The position numbers and the translations under genes are program-made. Source: Eledone cirrhosa (lineage: Eukaryota). Taken from it: DNA of 64,000 nt. Positions 43,036-57,511 of the stretch are shown here, one piece after another (position 1 is the stretch's first letter; every line of letters starts with the position of its first letter). The notes beneath the pieces were generated by a model. It worked only from the letters and a program-made list of their open reading frames with translations, ran no database searches and was not told the DNA's origin. The stretch spans positions 30,380,001-30,444,000 of the forward strand of contig OZ024756.1 of the NCBI GenBank assembly GCA_964016885.1. The letters run 5' to 3'.

Positions 43036-43471
43036 CAAATATGAAAATAGCTTCTTCAGGACTAGATCTGTTTCATTCGATTAAAACCACGAGGAATGTA
43101 CACTCCTGACTAAACCAAACCGAAACTCACTGTATATTGAGTAACATAATTAATTCATATGCAAACTAGAGTTACGCCCCTTGTCAGTGGTTGTATCGTT
43201 GTCATAAGTAATAGCAAGGATGGAACCAATTGTTTTCGAAAAGATGTAAGCAAGAAAAAATGTGAAAAATAACAAAAAATGATTCAAAACGAAACTTTGG
43301 CAAACCGATTAGAACTAAAACTAATTAGACAGTCATGTTTATTTTTGAAAACCCACCGATATTAAAAACAAAAACAAAAAAAAAATCTTTAATTTATTTT
43401 GTATAAGCTAACTTCTTTTCGAATATATACTGTAAATATACCTTGGGGGCATTTTGAAATCATCAATATAG

Positions 43472-43508
<37 letters not shown>

Positions 43509-43548
43509 CATTATACAAGTATCAAAGTTGTGTTCAAATCATTTAATA

Positions 43549-43593
43549 GCTGACAATCGTTTCTTCCAAACTCTCGTTTGAGTTCATCGGAGC
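43549..43593 (-). ncRNA. Hammerhead-like motif with CCGAUGA core in TA-flanked island
   Basis: GCU CCGAUGA acu CAAAC gaga GUUUG gaa GAA ACGAUUGU C AGC. Confidence 0.5.
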
Positions 43594-43709
43594 ATTATCA
43601 ATGTTTGCACTTATAATTACCCTCCTATCCAACTGAGTATATATTTATATATATATATATATATATATATAAGAATAACATTAAGAAAGATGATGTTGTT
43701 ACATAAATC

Positions 43710-43821
<112 letters not shown>

Positions 43822-44164
43822 GAACAAAAAGGTTAATGGATTCCAAGCTTCATATTAGTTGACAAAACAACTTTCCAGACAATGACGTCGACAGCCCTAC
43901 GTTCTTCTTCAGCAGTCACCCTATATATGTAGGGGCCAAATTTGCTAAACCTACACTAACGCTGCCAAATGGAAAGATGAGTTACCATGAGCTTCCTTTC
44001 TACGTAGTGAGAGTTGTTATAAATAAAGGTTTGGGTGGTAGATTGGAGGAAATTTACAAAAAAACAACAACATATGTGTGTGTCTGTGTGCGTGTTTATA
44101 TCTTAAGCACACAAAGACAGACACACACACACACTCACGCATCCACACACACATATCCACCGCC

Positions 44165-44261
<97 letters not shown>

Positions 44262-44316
44262 GTATATATATATACATACACACACATATATATATATATA
44301 TATGTATATGTACATA

Positions 44317-44369
<53 letters not shown>

Positions 44370-44373
<4 letters not shown>

Positions 44374-44546
44374 TTGTTTCTATTTGAGGCACTAGGCCAG
44401 CAAATACCCAGTACATTACTGGTACTTTATTTTATCGACCCCGTAAGGATGAAAGGCAAAGTTAACCTCGGCCGGATTTGAACTGAGATCGTAAAGGGAC
44501 GTAACTATGCTGGAAAGCATGTCCGACCCTCTACCGACACTGCCAA
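44370..44546 (-). mobile_element. Main-family SINE
   Basis: Reverse complement of the family consensus. Confidence 0.9.
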
Positions 44547-44709
44547 TAATACAATATACGATATACAAATACAATACTCTACAGAGAAAGCTACACAGAA
44601 GAAACAGCCATAAAAAACACACATAAATATTGTAACAGCAACATTCAGACAACCCAATAACTAAAAAACAAATCTCATTAAATCATTGATTGTACACACA
44701 CACGCTCGA

Positions 44710-44725
44710 TTGCTGCTGCTGCTGC

Positions 44726-44756
<31 letters not shown>

Positions 44757-44821
44757 GCTGGTGGTGGTGGTGGTGGTGGTGTTGCTTTTTGTGGTTGTTG
44801 TTGTTGTTGATGTTGTTGTGG

Positions 44822-44874
<53 letters not shown>

Positions 44875-45241
44875 GTTGCTGTTGTGGTTGTTGTTGTTGT
44901 TGTTGATGTTGTTGTGGTTGTTGTTGTTGTTGTTGTTGGGGGTGGTGGAGGTGGTGGTGGTGTTGTTGCTGTGGTGTTGTTGTTGCTGTTGTGGTTGTTG
45001 TTGTTGTTGATGTTCATGTTGATGTTGTTGTGGTTGGTGTTGTTGTTGTTGTTGTTATTGTTGATGTTGCTGTTGTTGTGGCTGTTGTTGTGGTAGGTGT
45101 TTTGTTTTTGTTGATTTGTTCATGTTGTTATTAGTATCATACTTTTGTGTTGCTGTTATTGTTGTTTTTTTATATATTTTTATTAGCACTACCACCTTCA
45201 TTTGCATCATCATCATCATCATCATCATCGCCATCATCATC

Positions 45242-45306
<65 letters not shown>

Positions 45307-45307
45307 T

Positions 45308-45369
<62 letters not shown>

Positions 45370-45370
45370 T

Positions 45371-45429
<59 letters not shown>

Positions 45430-46020
45430 TACTATCAACATCATCACCGTCAACATCATCATTGTCGTCGTCGTCGTCACCATCCCCATTATCAACCATC
45501 ATCAGCATCACTCGCATCATCAACATCATCATCATAATCACCATCAACATTATCAACCATCAACATCAACATCACCACCATCATGATCATCACCATCATG
45601 ACCATCATGATCATCATGACCATCATTATCATCATCATTATCGTCATCATCAACACCATCAACATTGTCAACCATCAACATCACCATCACCATCATCATC
45701 ATCATCATCAATCACCACTAGCAGCAGCAGCAGCAGCAGCAGCAGCATCACAATAATCAGCATCATCATCATCATCATCAACACCATCATCATCATCATC
45801 ATCATCATCGTCGTCACCACCATCATGACCATCACACCCACCACCACCACCACCATCAACACCATCATCATCACCATCATCATCATCATCACCATCACCA
45901 TCATCATCACCATCACCATCATCATCATCACCACCATCACCATCATCACCACCATCAACACCACCATCATCATCATCACCCCCATCATCACTAACATCAT
46001 CACTAACATCATCATCATTA
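44710..46020. repeat. Compound trinucleotide tract: (GTT/GGT)n then (CAT/CAC)n
   Basis: Seen directly. Confidence 0.95.
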
Positions 46021-46294
46021 GTAGCAGTTGTAATAATAATTTCATATAATAATTTTTATCATTTCTTCATATACCATTAGTCTAATTATAGTACTTTTTA
46101 TCGAATTATCGATACCAGACGCTATTGTATTTCATCCTACACCGTCTCACCCCACCCCACCCCACCCCACACAATTCGTTCTCGTCATAACCAGTATTAT
46201 GTTCCTACAGAATATAATACTGGTTTCTTTTGTTTTGGCTGAAAAAAAAACACTACCGAAATACAATTATACAAAAACAAAATATATGTATATG

Positions 46295-46370
<76 letters not shown>

Positions 46371-46374
46371 TATG

Positions 46375-46680
<306 letters not shown>

Positions 46681-46723
46681 ATATATATATATAAAGAAAC
46701 ACCAACACATATATGTATATATG

Positions 46724-46755
<32 letters not shown>

Positions 46756-46758
46756 CTT

Positions 46759-46842
<84 letters not shown>

Positions 46843-46932
46843 TTATTTATATATATACAGATTTATATGTGTCCGTGTATTTATGTATGTATGTATGTAT
46901 GTATGTATGTATGTATGTATGTATGTATGTAT

Positions 46933-46973
<41 letters not shown>

Positions 46974-47595
46974 TAGACAGTAAGGTCAAGTGGATCGACT
47001 CGCCAGATTCCCATTCATTATATTGCGACTGTGTTGCAGGAACCTCTAATTTACGTGCTCGACCTGCTAAGATATAGAATCCGAATTTTCTCATTTCTTT
47101 TTTTTTTTTTATAAAAACAAAAGCAGAAGACATATTGGATAATTTACTCTCTGGTGATAAACTATGTCTGAAGAGAGGGGGCAGTCATGGATATATCGTC
47201 TTTGATTATACGTCTGCTCGACCTGGATTGACCTGGGTGATAAAGAAATTCAATGTTTTATTGATTAACTATGATGGAAAGAGCAGCTAAATCTTTCTCA
47301 AGAGAAGTTTTTTCTCAGCCATGGTTTAGTTTTGTTTTTTAAAAACAAATGTCATATAGGTTTTTACGATAATTTATTTAAGATAGTAACTGATGTGTAT
47401 AAAGTCATGAGGACTATGACTGTAACATCTTTCATCTTATGTTCTATTTGTTTTATTATTATTTTTTTTATATCTTCATAGTTAAATTAGTCTTGCCATT
47501 GTGCAATTTTACTCGAGCTTATTGTAAACCCCTACTGTCCATGTCTCTGTATTGTCCCCTACATGTCGGCCCTTGTGGCCAATAGATGAAATCAT

Positions 47596-47789
47596 GGTGG
47601 ATTGGCAGTATCAGTAGAGAGTCGGACGCCATGCTTTCCAGCATAGTTACGTCCCTTTACGGTCTGAGTTCAAATCCCGCTGAGGTTAACTTTGCCTTTC
47701 ATCCTTGCGGGGTCGATACAATAAAGTACCAGTAATGTACTGGTGATTTGCTGGCCTTGTGCCAAAAGTAGAAACAATTATTATTATTA
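47596..47789 (+). mobile_element. Main-family SINE, directly after a Tx1-like LINE tail stub
   Basis: Consensus match; preceded by ggcccttgtggccaatagatgaaa. Confidence 0.9.
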
Positions 47790-47857
47790 CTATGCCTGGC
47801 AAGACTAATTTAACTATGAAGATATAACAAAATAATAATAAAACAAATAGAACATAA

Positions 47858-48062
47858 GGGCGGTGGATTGGCAGTATCACTAGAGGGTCGGACGTCATGC
47901 TTTGACGCATAGAGTTACGTCCCTTGCCATTCTGAGTTAAAATCCCGCAGAGGTTAACTTTGCCTTTCATCCTTACGGGGTCGATAAAATAAAGTACCAG
48001 TAATACACTGGGTATTTGCTGGCCTTGTTCCAAAAGTAGAAACAATTATTATTATTATTATT
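47858..48062 (+). mobile_element. Main-family SINE
   Basis: Full head to (ATT)n tail. Confidence 0.9.
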
Positions 48063-50189
48063 GTTCTTTGAGTCTGAGTCATTGACGTAATTTAACTGGA
48101 AAGTTTGTTGAAATGAATATCAAGCCGCTATCTGCAGCCTCAGATATTCAGGACGTATCGGAGGGTTCTTGCTGTTCCCAACAAGCATGCCTTTTGAAGT
48201 CTTCCAAAAAGCGGGGCTGGACTAATCTTCTTTAACCATCCTTGGAAACTCTTTGAGATAGTATCTAGTGCGCCTATGACAATCGGGACCACTTTGACTT
48301 CATGGCAGTTCCAAATCCTTTTTACCTCCCACTTTAAGTCCTGGTATCGGTTAATTTTCTCCCTCTCTTTTCTTGCACTCTCGTGTCAAATGGGCAGGCT
48401 ACATCTACAATCAGGCACGATCTTTTTCCCTTGTTATCTAATTTATTGTCCGCCTGTATCCTAAAATCCCACAGCACCTTCACCTGGTCGTTTTCTATCA
48501 CCGACTCTGGCTTATGCTCATACCACTTCTCCGAACGTGGTAAATTGTTTACTTTGCATAGGTGCCAGTGGATCACCCTGCCCATCACATCATGTCTCCA
48601 GCCTTTATAGTGAGTCTGGGCTAGGTGTTTACACTCGGATACAATATGAGCCACAGTCTTCTCTCTCTCTCCACAGATCCTATACAGTGAGCTAGCCTCC
48701 TCCTTGTAAATATGGTGTTTCACCCACCTCGTTTTGAGGGCCTCCTCTTGCGCAGCCATTAGCATTCCTTCTGTAGCTTTTTTAAGGTCTCCTCTTTCTA
48801 ACCAGTTCCATCGCAGTGGATATCTAAATTCAGTTTTCCTAAAGAAGGTACTATGAAGGGATTTTTCATGAAGGTTGCTCCCCCTCCTTGTTGTTATTTC
48901 CTCCTTGGACATCCCCTGGTCTATTGTCTTCTCCTTCAGTACAATTTTGAGCATTGGCACCCTACGTATTTGTGCAGGTTCTTTTTCTCCATCTGAACAC
49001 AGTCCTCTATGCTGATAAGACCTCTTCCACCTTCAGATCTCTTTAAGTAGAGTCTATCGACATCACTCCTCTTGTGGAACATGTTGTAGATAGTCAATAG
49101 CTTCCTAGTCTTCCTATCCATTTCCTTTTGTTCAGCAACATTCCATTTCAGAATTCCCGCACTGTACCTAATAATAGACACAGCTCGGGAATTTACTGCA
49201 CTTATGGCATTCCTACTGTTCAGATGTGACTTCGATACGCTCCTTACTCTCCTTATGTACTCAGATCTTATCAATTCCTTCAATTGTTTTGTTCTTGATG
49301 TCATCAGCCTCCAGAACACCTGAATATTTGTATCCCTCCTCAGTGTCAATTTCCTTTATCATCTCACCTGTTGGTACCTGGATTCCGTTGCTTCTGCTCA
49401 ATTTACCCCTCTTCATCACTAGGACTCCACACTTACTAATACCAAATTCCATACATATATCATTGCTGAAAATACGGACAGTGTCAACAAGTGCATCTCA
49501 CTCTTCCCAAAGAATTTAAGAGGAGGTGGTTGATGGCAAGCTCTCCTTTTCCCAACTTGTATCCTGCTCTTACTTTTCGCAATATAACGGTCAGGGGTAT
49601 CAGGGCAAGGACAAACAGCAGAGGGGACAAACTATCTCCCTAGAAGATATCTCTCTTGATCTTCACGCCTTCCAAGCATTCTCCACCCGATGTTAACTCT
49701 GTTTCCCAGGACTTCATACTTTTGCTCAACAATCCTGCTCCCATATTCCTCTCCAGAATGTCTTAGTCTGTTCCACCTCAGGGATCACATCGTTGCCTCT
49801 TTCTTTCCCTTCAAGCTGTCCAAACAACGTCTTCTGGTTGTTGTCAAACATGTGGTTCTGTCTATACTGACTGACTCTGTTCTCATACCTCCTAATCTTT
49901 GCACTTTTTGCTACAATGCGTTGCTTCAGTTCCTCTATGATAATATTTAGCTTTTTCCCCCTAGTTTTGTATTTTATTTCCAATCTATCTTTAGTGTCTA
50001 TGTTTTGTTTATGTCCCATTCAGTAAGGACTCAAGCTTTCAAATGTATTTTCTCATTTCCTTGATTTGACCATTCAGTCGTTTCTTCCACCAAGGTTCTG
50101 GTTTTTCTTGTTTGTTGTTTCCTCTCGTTTTTATGCCAAGTAAATTCCTCACCACATTTGCGGTTGCTTTGAGGATATTGTTACATTGG
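48063..50189 (-). pseudogene. 5'-truncated, internally deleted R4/Dong-like LINE (RT, zinc knuckle, RLE endonuclease) in (TAA)n
   Basis: ORF pieces KIRRYENRVSQYRQNHMF, GDSLSPLLF, MEFGISKC, YKYSGVLEAD, DVDRLYLKRSEGGRGLISIED, MAAQEEALKTR, RICGEREKTVAHIVSEC, RHD, VDVACPFD; frameshifts and stops; the DD motif after INHLL is missing; (ATT)n at both ends. Confidence 0.92.
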
Positions 50190-50201
50190 TATTATTATTA
50201 T

Positions 50202-50406
50202 AGGGCGGTGGATTGGCAGTATCGGTAGAGGGTCGGACGCCATGCTTTGACGCATAGAGTTACGGCCCTTTCCATTCTGAGTTCAAATCCCGCCGAGGTT
50301 AACTTTGCCTTTCATCCTTACGGGGTCGATAAAATAAAGTACCAGTCATGTACTGGGTAATTGCTGGCCTTGTGCCAAAAGTAGAAACAATTATTATTAT
50401 TATTAT
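50202..50406 (+). mobile_element. Main-family SINE, near-consensus full-length copy
   Basis: gggcggtggattggcagtatcgg...gagttcaaatcc...agaaacaattattatt. Confidence 0.92.
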
Positions 50407-51782
50407 TTTTATTTTTCAGGGCTGTGCTGTGGCAAGACAATGATAACATCAACAACTACACTATGCCATTTTGTTAACACTAGTGATTCGATGGTTTGCT
50501 TCTGTCTATCTGTCTGTCTCTTTCTTCCCCTTCTCTCTCTTTCTACCTAATTCAATATAAAAGACTTGTATGTGATGTAATCCACTAATTTCTCTTTAAC
50601 AAGAAATGTATATATGGAGCGGTAACACCTGATAAAGTAGTCGGGGTGTCGTAGTGACATACGTTGTTTCCTGGGTAATTTTAATATCTTATAGAGCGCA
50701 TCTCCTATCTAGATCTGAACACAGCCGATTTCTTTAAGAGAAAGAATGAGAGCGAGAAAGAGGAAATGAGAATGGGATATTAGAGAAAGAATCGACCCTA
50801 GACTAATGTTTTATTTATTGACCTTAAAGGTTGAAAGGCAAAACGCAGAGGACCTGAAAAAATACCGCAAAACATCTTATTCGACGTTCTAACGACTTTG
50901 CCAACACGTCGCCTAACCATGAGAAACTCAAAACAAAAAAGAAACATATGTCTATACCACAGTCTATTGTATCTATATCTTCTCTCTTCTTTTCTATTAC
51001 ACTCTTATTCTCTCTCTCTCTCTATCTCTTTCCCTATTTGATGGAGAACGAGAGACGTGAATATTAGATAAGGCAGTGACTATCTACAGCAATGACGCAT
51101 AACTATGCAGAGCCCAGTTAGTCTGTGGATACAGGCTTAGAAGAAATACGAAATAAATTAAATTAAATAAACTTCTTTTCTAAAAACATGGCGTTCAGAA
51201 CTGCTTGAAAAGAAGAAACCAAAACACAAAAAAAAAAACAACATAAACCAACCACAAAGCTCATTCTTTTCCTCCGTATAAAAAGACTACAAAAATCCCA
51301 GACACACATTAATGAAAAAAAACAAGTTGTATAGTAAACCTTATCTCTTTCATTAACTTGATCTTGCGATATCTAGCCGAGAGTATGGAGTTTAATTTAA
51401 ACATAGAAACTATGTCTTCTCGATAAAATGATTATATAGAGAGCATGTGAACAGCTCCACTAATTAAGGCTGCTTATTGCCGTTTTATCAAGATTGTCTG
51501 TGTGAGGTCGTCCCAGAGGGAGGGAAAGTAGATTAGAGTAACACATAAAAATTGCAATGAGTTACAGGCGCCATTGTTACTCTTATATTTATACATCAAT
51601 ACATTCTCTAGTAATATGTATAGTGAAGCAAAGTGTGTGTTGCAAAGATAGAAAATAAGTTTATATGCATAGTTTACGATTAATAAACCTACATTCAATG
51701 TAAATTTTGACTGTTCACGAAGCACGAAATAAACCAGAAAATAAAAATATGTATAAATATATAACATATATACACACACAGG

Positions 51783-51886
<104 letters not shown>

Positions 51887-51887
51887 C

Positions 51888-51963
<76 letters not shown>

Positions 51964-52005
51964 CATATATTATATATATAGAACTGGTAAAAGAGTAAAA
52001 GAGTA

Positions 52006-52082
<77 letters not shown>

Positions 52083-52151
52083 ATATACATATATAAAAAA
52101 AATATATATATATACATACATATATATGTATGTATAAATATATATATATAA

Positions 52152-52182
<31 letters not shown>

Positions 52183-52598
52183 TATATGATGATGAGCGAA
52201 AAGTTAAGATGAAAATTTTAAGATATGTTTTTGTTTTCTAACGTATGTTACTAAACTGATGAACAGAGTGAGTGGAGATGACATATATTTGTCTGCGATA
52301 TCACACGGATAAGGTGATGATATCATTTGAGAAAATATCGCAATGTTATTGCACAGTACGTGAGATAACATAGCTACCACACAGAGAGTATAACATTCCA
52401 CTGCACGAATCTTTAAACTATTATATTTCGAAATATTAACGCATACTGAATAGAATAAACAGCGGAAGATATTGGATACCTTTGTGTCTTGTCTTCATAT
52501 TCAACACTTTGTTTTCATTACCTGTCTTCTAGTTTTTTGTCATAGATACTTAACCCTAACTATCTACGATAACACACGCGCATGCATGCACACAGATA

Positions 52599-52708
<110 letters not shown>

Positions 52709-52727
52709 CACACACACACACACACAT

Positions 52728-52770
<43 letters not shown>

Positions 52771-52852
52771 GTATAGGATTACCCAAGATGTAGTATAAAG
52801 CACACGGAATAAATTACCTTTTTATGATGTCTACCTGTTATTATTCATTCTT

Positions 52853-52911
<59 letters not shown>

Positions 52912-53152
52912 GAGTGGAAGTGAGTAAAATCGAAGTTGTGGCGTTCGCCCAGCCTCCACGAAAAGACGATATTTAGAAGCTTTGCACGAAGCACTCAATA
53001 AGGAGATAGCGATAAATTGATAAGTTACATCTCAGATTAATAAACATACGTTAAAAGGCGTGACATATTGAAATCTATGGCTAAGGGGACAAATCCACGG
53101 AAGCCACCACAACAACTAAAATACAATCAGGTTAAATATATGTATATATATA

Positions 53153-53365
53153 TAACGGAGGAGTTGTGGTAAGGAACCAGATGGACCATAATGCACCAGA
53201 GTACTCAATACTAGGGTAGTAGAGTGGCAAATAGGAGAGAGTATGACCCCGACGGCAGAGCTCAAGCCGTTTCGACGGCTATTTCTGGACTAAAGTCTGA
53301 CTTTAGTCCAGAAATAGCCGTGGAAATGGCTTGAGCTCTGCCATCGGCGTCATACTCTCTCCTAT
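53153..53365 (-). mobile_element. Family A fold-back element with the longest arms
   Basis: Arms meet at ctggactaaagtc-t-gactttagtccag and end at cctat. Confidence 0.9.
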
Positions 53366-53367
53366 AA

Positions 53368-53444
<77 letters not shown>

Positions 53445-53447
<3 letters not shown>

Positions 53448-53772
53448 CCAAAGATTAGTATGGTTCGTTGATTACTCAATGAATACAATTTTACAATAGA
53501 TTAGAAGCACTCAACTGCAAAAGTTTTCCTGGAGTTTTTAATATTATTCAAAATGTTAACAAATGAAAATATTCTCATAATCAAAACATATAATTTATTA
53601 TATATATTGTCTGCCAATAATCAAGACCGTAGCGGTATGTCATATCTTAAATCATATATTTGTCTGATAAGAACGTACTGAAAAATCAACACAGTACCTT
53701 TGAAATATATATAATAAAGTATATATTTTGATTATGAGAATATTTTTCATTTGTTAACATTTTGAATAATAT
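53445..53772 (+). mobile_element. Family C-related island with inverted repeat and mutated hammerhead
   Basis: Arms 53542-53608 and 53704-53772; CTGATaA at 53664, stem II gtactg/cagtac, GAAATATATATA; the 5' part shares tagatt.gaagcactc with 37820. Confidence 0.7.
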
Positions 53773-53825
53773 ATATATATATATACGATATTAATAAATG
53801 GAAACTATATTTATAAAACCATATT

Positions 53826-53890
53826 TATTTCATTACATATATTTCAAGGATACCAAGTTAAATTATGGTATGCCTTCATCAGACAAAATA
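53826..53890 (-). ncRNA. Hammerhead ribozyme (family C) in element 53781-53935
   Basis: UAUUUUGU CUGAUGA AGGcAUACC loop GGUAUCCUU GAA AUAUAUGU A AUGAAAUA. Confidence 0.75.
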
Positions 53891-54031
53891 CAATATATAT
53901 CAGTTTTACAAATAAGCATTGACGTACCCTTTCAAAATGCGACCATTACTTTTGGAGGACATCAGGATAGTGCTTTATATCAGTTATAAAAATATTTACT
54001 TGTTGTATCCCAACAATTTAAATAGAACTTT

Positions 54032-54070
<39 letters not shown>

Positions 54071-54318
54071 ATATCGGACGAATGTTTTTTTCTCAATGCT
54101 TTTTCCATTAATTCTATCTTTCTATTTCATCTTTTATTTCTCATTCTATATTCCGAAGAAGGACTAGTGTCCGAAACATTATGTCTCCTTTCTTATTATT
54201 TCAAGCGTTAAGCTAATATATTCATACATTGTACTGTAAAATTTGGTTTGTTATTTCCGCTTATATTCTATATACATAATACATACACACACACATATAT
54301 AAATATATATATATATGT

Positions 54319-54438
<120 letters not shown>

Positions 54439-54471
54439 TAAAATAATAAATATATATATATATATTTATTA

Positions 54472-54582
<111 letters not shown>

Positions 54583-55158
54583 GTGTGTGAGTGTATGAGT
54601 GCATATATATATATATATATTTACACATATATTTACACATATATTTAGTGGTCATTATGAGATGAGATGCTGATAGATAAGGTATTATTTATAAGATTAC
54701 CATTATCATTAAATCTGAACACGCAATGGCATCATTATTAGTGTCAATATAGTGTTTATACACCTGAGGGCTGACATATATATCAAGACTCATTGTTGTG
54801 ATGTCAGCCATGATTGAGGAGACCTATCAAGAAATGTATTTCAGTCATGAAGTAATGCATTCATTTAGTTTTAAACATAATATATTTAGGGCTATATTAT
54901 GAAGTGTACCTGACTTGTTTATGAGTGTATGATATATTGACTAATTAGGTGTTATTTTTAGCAAGCCAATTGACCATTTAATGGCTCCTTTTGTCGGCTC
55001 AATTTGGTACGTCGTAACAAATATGTGAATATATATATGGTGTGATTTTAACTCTAAGGTCACTGAAACACACGTTAATAATAATATATTTAATGTATTT
55101 TTTTGCAATATTTCGGCACTTATTTATATACACAGCGAAATCAACTATTTACACACAC

Positions 55159-55215
<57 letters not shown>

Positions 55216-55319
55216 CACAAAAGAACCAACCAAGGTTTCAAGATCCTATCTAGGAAGCCCCAACCATTAAGGTTGTCTTTTTTCCGGGTATGTCAATATT
55301 TATTTATAAAACAAATCTG

Positions 55320-55384
55320 TATTTTATCTGATGAAAGCGCACCATAATTTGCCTTGGTTGCCCTTGAAATATGTATAATAAAAT
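55320..55384 (+). ncRNA. Hammerhead ribozyme (family C) in element of about 55260-55420
   Basis: UAUUUUAU CUGAUGA ...GCACCA loop UGGUUGC... GAA AUAUGUAU A AUAAAAUA; 8-bp stem I. Confidence 0.7.
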
Positions 55385-55425
55385 AAATATGGTTTTATAA
55401 ATATAGTTTCCATTTATTAATATAT

Positions 55426-55506
<81 letters not shown>

Positions 55507-55509
<3 letters not shown>

Positions 55510-55678
55510 CACCCTATGTGGACCTTCTGCAATCTCACACTCTTTCAATCAACTCTCAGCATCATACCGGTTTATTAGCGCCGTTTCACGCAACTGTTCC
55601 AACCTTGTACACAATATACGACTAACCTATTTGTTTCGAAGTAACTGTAGTGGAAAATATTTATATGCAGCCTACGAA

Positions 55679-55682
<4 letters not shown>
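55507..55682 (-). mobile_element. Island ending in a family B-like CAGAAGG hammerhead half
   Basis: Minus strand attg CAGAAGG tcc acata ggg t GAAA running into (TA)n. Confidence 0.5.
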
Positions 55683-55749
<67 letters not shown>

Positions 55750-55797
55750 TCTCTCTCTCTCTCTCACTCTCTCTATCTATCTCTCTCTCTCTCTATG

Positions 55798-55833
<36 letters not shown>

Positions 55834-56114
55834 GATAAAGCTACCAAAATATACGGTAGTGTCCAATCCGTATGAAGAACTCAATGTAATCCAAATATCA
55901 TGAAAAGAGAAGATGTATTCAACATTTTTTCGATGAAGACAGCATATATATGTGTAGGTATGTATATTCCCTCTGATAGTTTGTAAAAATTTTACATAGA
56001 TCTATATGATATACATACCAACACACACACATATATATCCTAGAAACGATCGTAAAATGATGAATTTTTTAATATAAGGAACTGTTTCTTTGTTTTTATT
56101 CATCATTTTTATTA

Positions 56115-56164
<50 letters not shown>

Positions 56165-56168
56165 TAAT

Positions 56169-56369
56169 TTATTAAAATAACAGATTAAAGTTTAAGAAAA
56201 GAATCGCCACGTTCACCCTTAACGGGATCTTCTGAAAGCAGCGATTCTTTGCTTAAACTTTAATCTGTTATTTTAATAAATATTTGCTCTACGGTTCTTA
56301 TATTTCTGATATATATTTATCCTTATCGAGCCCTCTTTGGATTATAGTCTTCAAATTTATTATTATTAC
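56169..56369 (+). mobile_element. Family B fold-back element
   Basis: Left arm 56169-56236 is the reverse complement of cagaagatcccgttaagggtgaa...; the right arm starts at tgaaagcagcg. Confidence 0.85.
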
Positions 56370-56390
56370 TATATATATATATATATATAT

Positions 56391-56582
56391 ATAGGAACCA
56401 GTAAGACCCCGACAGCTGAGCTCAAGCCGTTTCGACGGCTAATTCGACGGAGAATTAGCCGTCGAAACGGCTTGAGCTCAGCTGTCGGGGTCTTACTGGT
56501 TCCTATTACCCACTCTACTACCTCAAGTATTGAGTACTTTGGTGCGTTATGGTCCACCTGGTTCCTTACCACATTTCCTTCG

Positions 56583-56585
<3 letters not shown>
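56391..56585 (+). mobile_element. Family A fold-back element
   Basis: Perfect 55-bp arms around the loop in gctaattc-gacgga-gaattagc; flanked by (TA)n. Confidence 0.9.
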
Positions 56586-56617
<32 letters not shown>

Positions 56618-56971
56618 CTCCCCCCTCTCTCTCTCACTCTCTATATATATTAAAACTAGATTATAAATGATATAGTTGTAGCAAAGAAATTCTTCCACAC
56701 TGACTCCATATTGATAATTAACCGAAGCCACTTGTCTTCAGATATTGTTTCAAATACTCCTTGGGCGAAATTCCAATAATATTCCTTAACATTACCACAT
56801 TTTTATATGGTTTTATATTCTATTTGTAATTGTCAAAAAACAAGACTATAAAAATAAAAATAAAAGAATAGAAAAGTATGTAAAATAAAACAAAATAAAG
56901 CTAAAATAACTTTTTTCGTTTTTCGTTTTGTTTTTCCTGTTGTTAAAAGTAAGCGGTTGAAAACTAATTCC

Positions 56972-57120
56972 ATGGTAGAGCACTCTCTGAAAACCTCTGA
57001 ATTCAAATCCCATCGATGTTAACTTTGCCTTTCAGCCATACAGGGTCGATAAAATAAAGTACCAGTAATGCACTGGAAAAATTGCTGGTTGTGTGCCCAA
57101 ATTAGAAACAATTATTATAA
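56972..57120 (+). mobile_element. Degenerate main-family SINE
   Basis: B box, central domain and tail. Confidence 0.75.
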
Positions 57121-57130
57121 TTATTAATAA

Positions 57131-57487
57131 TTTCATTTGAAAAGGAAAATCACGGTGGAGAGGGAAGTGCTCTCTTCCCAGCAATTTGTTGAAATATGGG
57201 TGAGAGAGACAAGCAAAGCCCGAGTGAATGGGGCTGCTCTGAATATGCGCCTGTAAATTGGAAGTGGAAAACTGGGAGAGGGCAATTGCCCTGGTGGTCA
57301 GGGTCCCCGTGGCTTTTTAAATAGGCTTTCTAAACGAGTGTCCCTAAAAAGTGTCGCCCCTACTGGGAAATTATCCTTTGTTTCTTTTTCCGTCATTTCC
57401 TTTGTTTTTTGCTTTTTTCTTTCCTGTACCGTCCTGTGCTGTCCTTAATGTTATACTTTATGTTAACCCTTGTGGTTAATAAAGAAG
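57131..57487 (+). pseudogene. 3' end of a Tx1/L1-like LINE (ORF2 C-terminus plus 3' UTR)
   Basis: FHLKRKITVEREVLSSQQFVEIWVRETSKARVNGAALNMRL* at 57131-57256; the UTR ends cccttgtggttaataaagaa. Clade assignment is from memory of similar termini. Confidence 0.6.
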
Positions 57488-57511
57488 GCATTATTCTTAT
57501 TATCATTATAC

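Noticed and set aside
48334-50019. Active reverse transcriptase gene
   Set aside because: Multiple frameshifts, stops and deletions, including the catalytic DD region.
54768-54809. pre-miRNA-like hairpin ggctgacat...atgtcagcc
   Set aside because: Only 9 clean base pairs and about 42 nt; too short and irregular.
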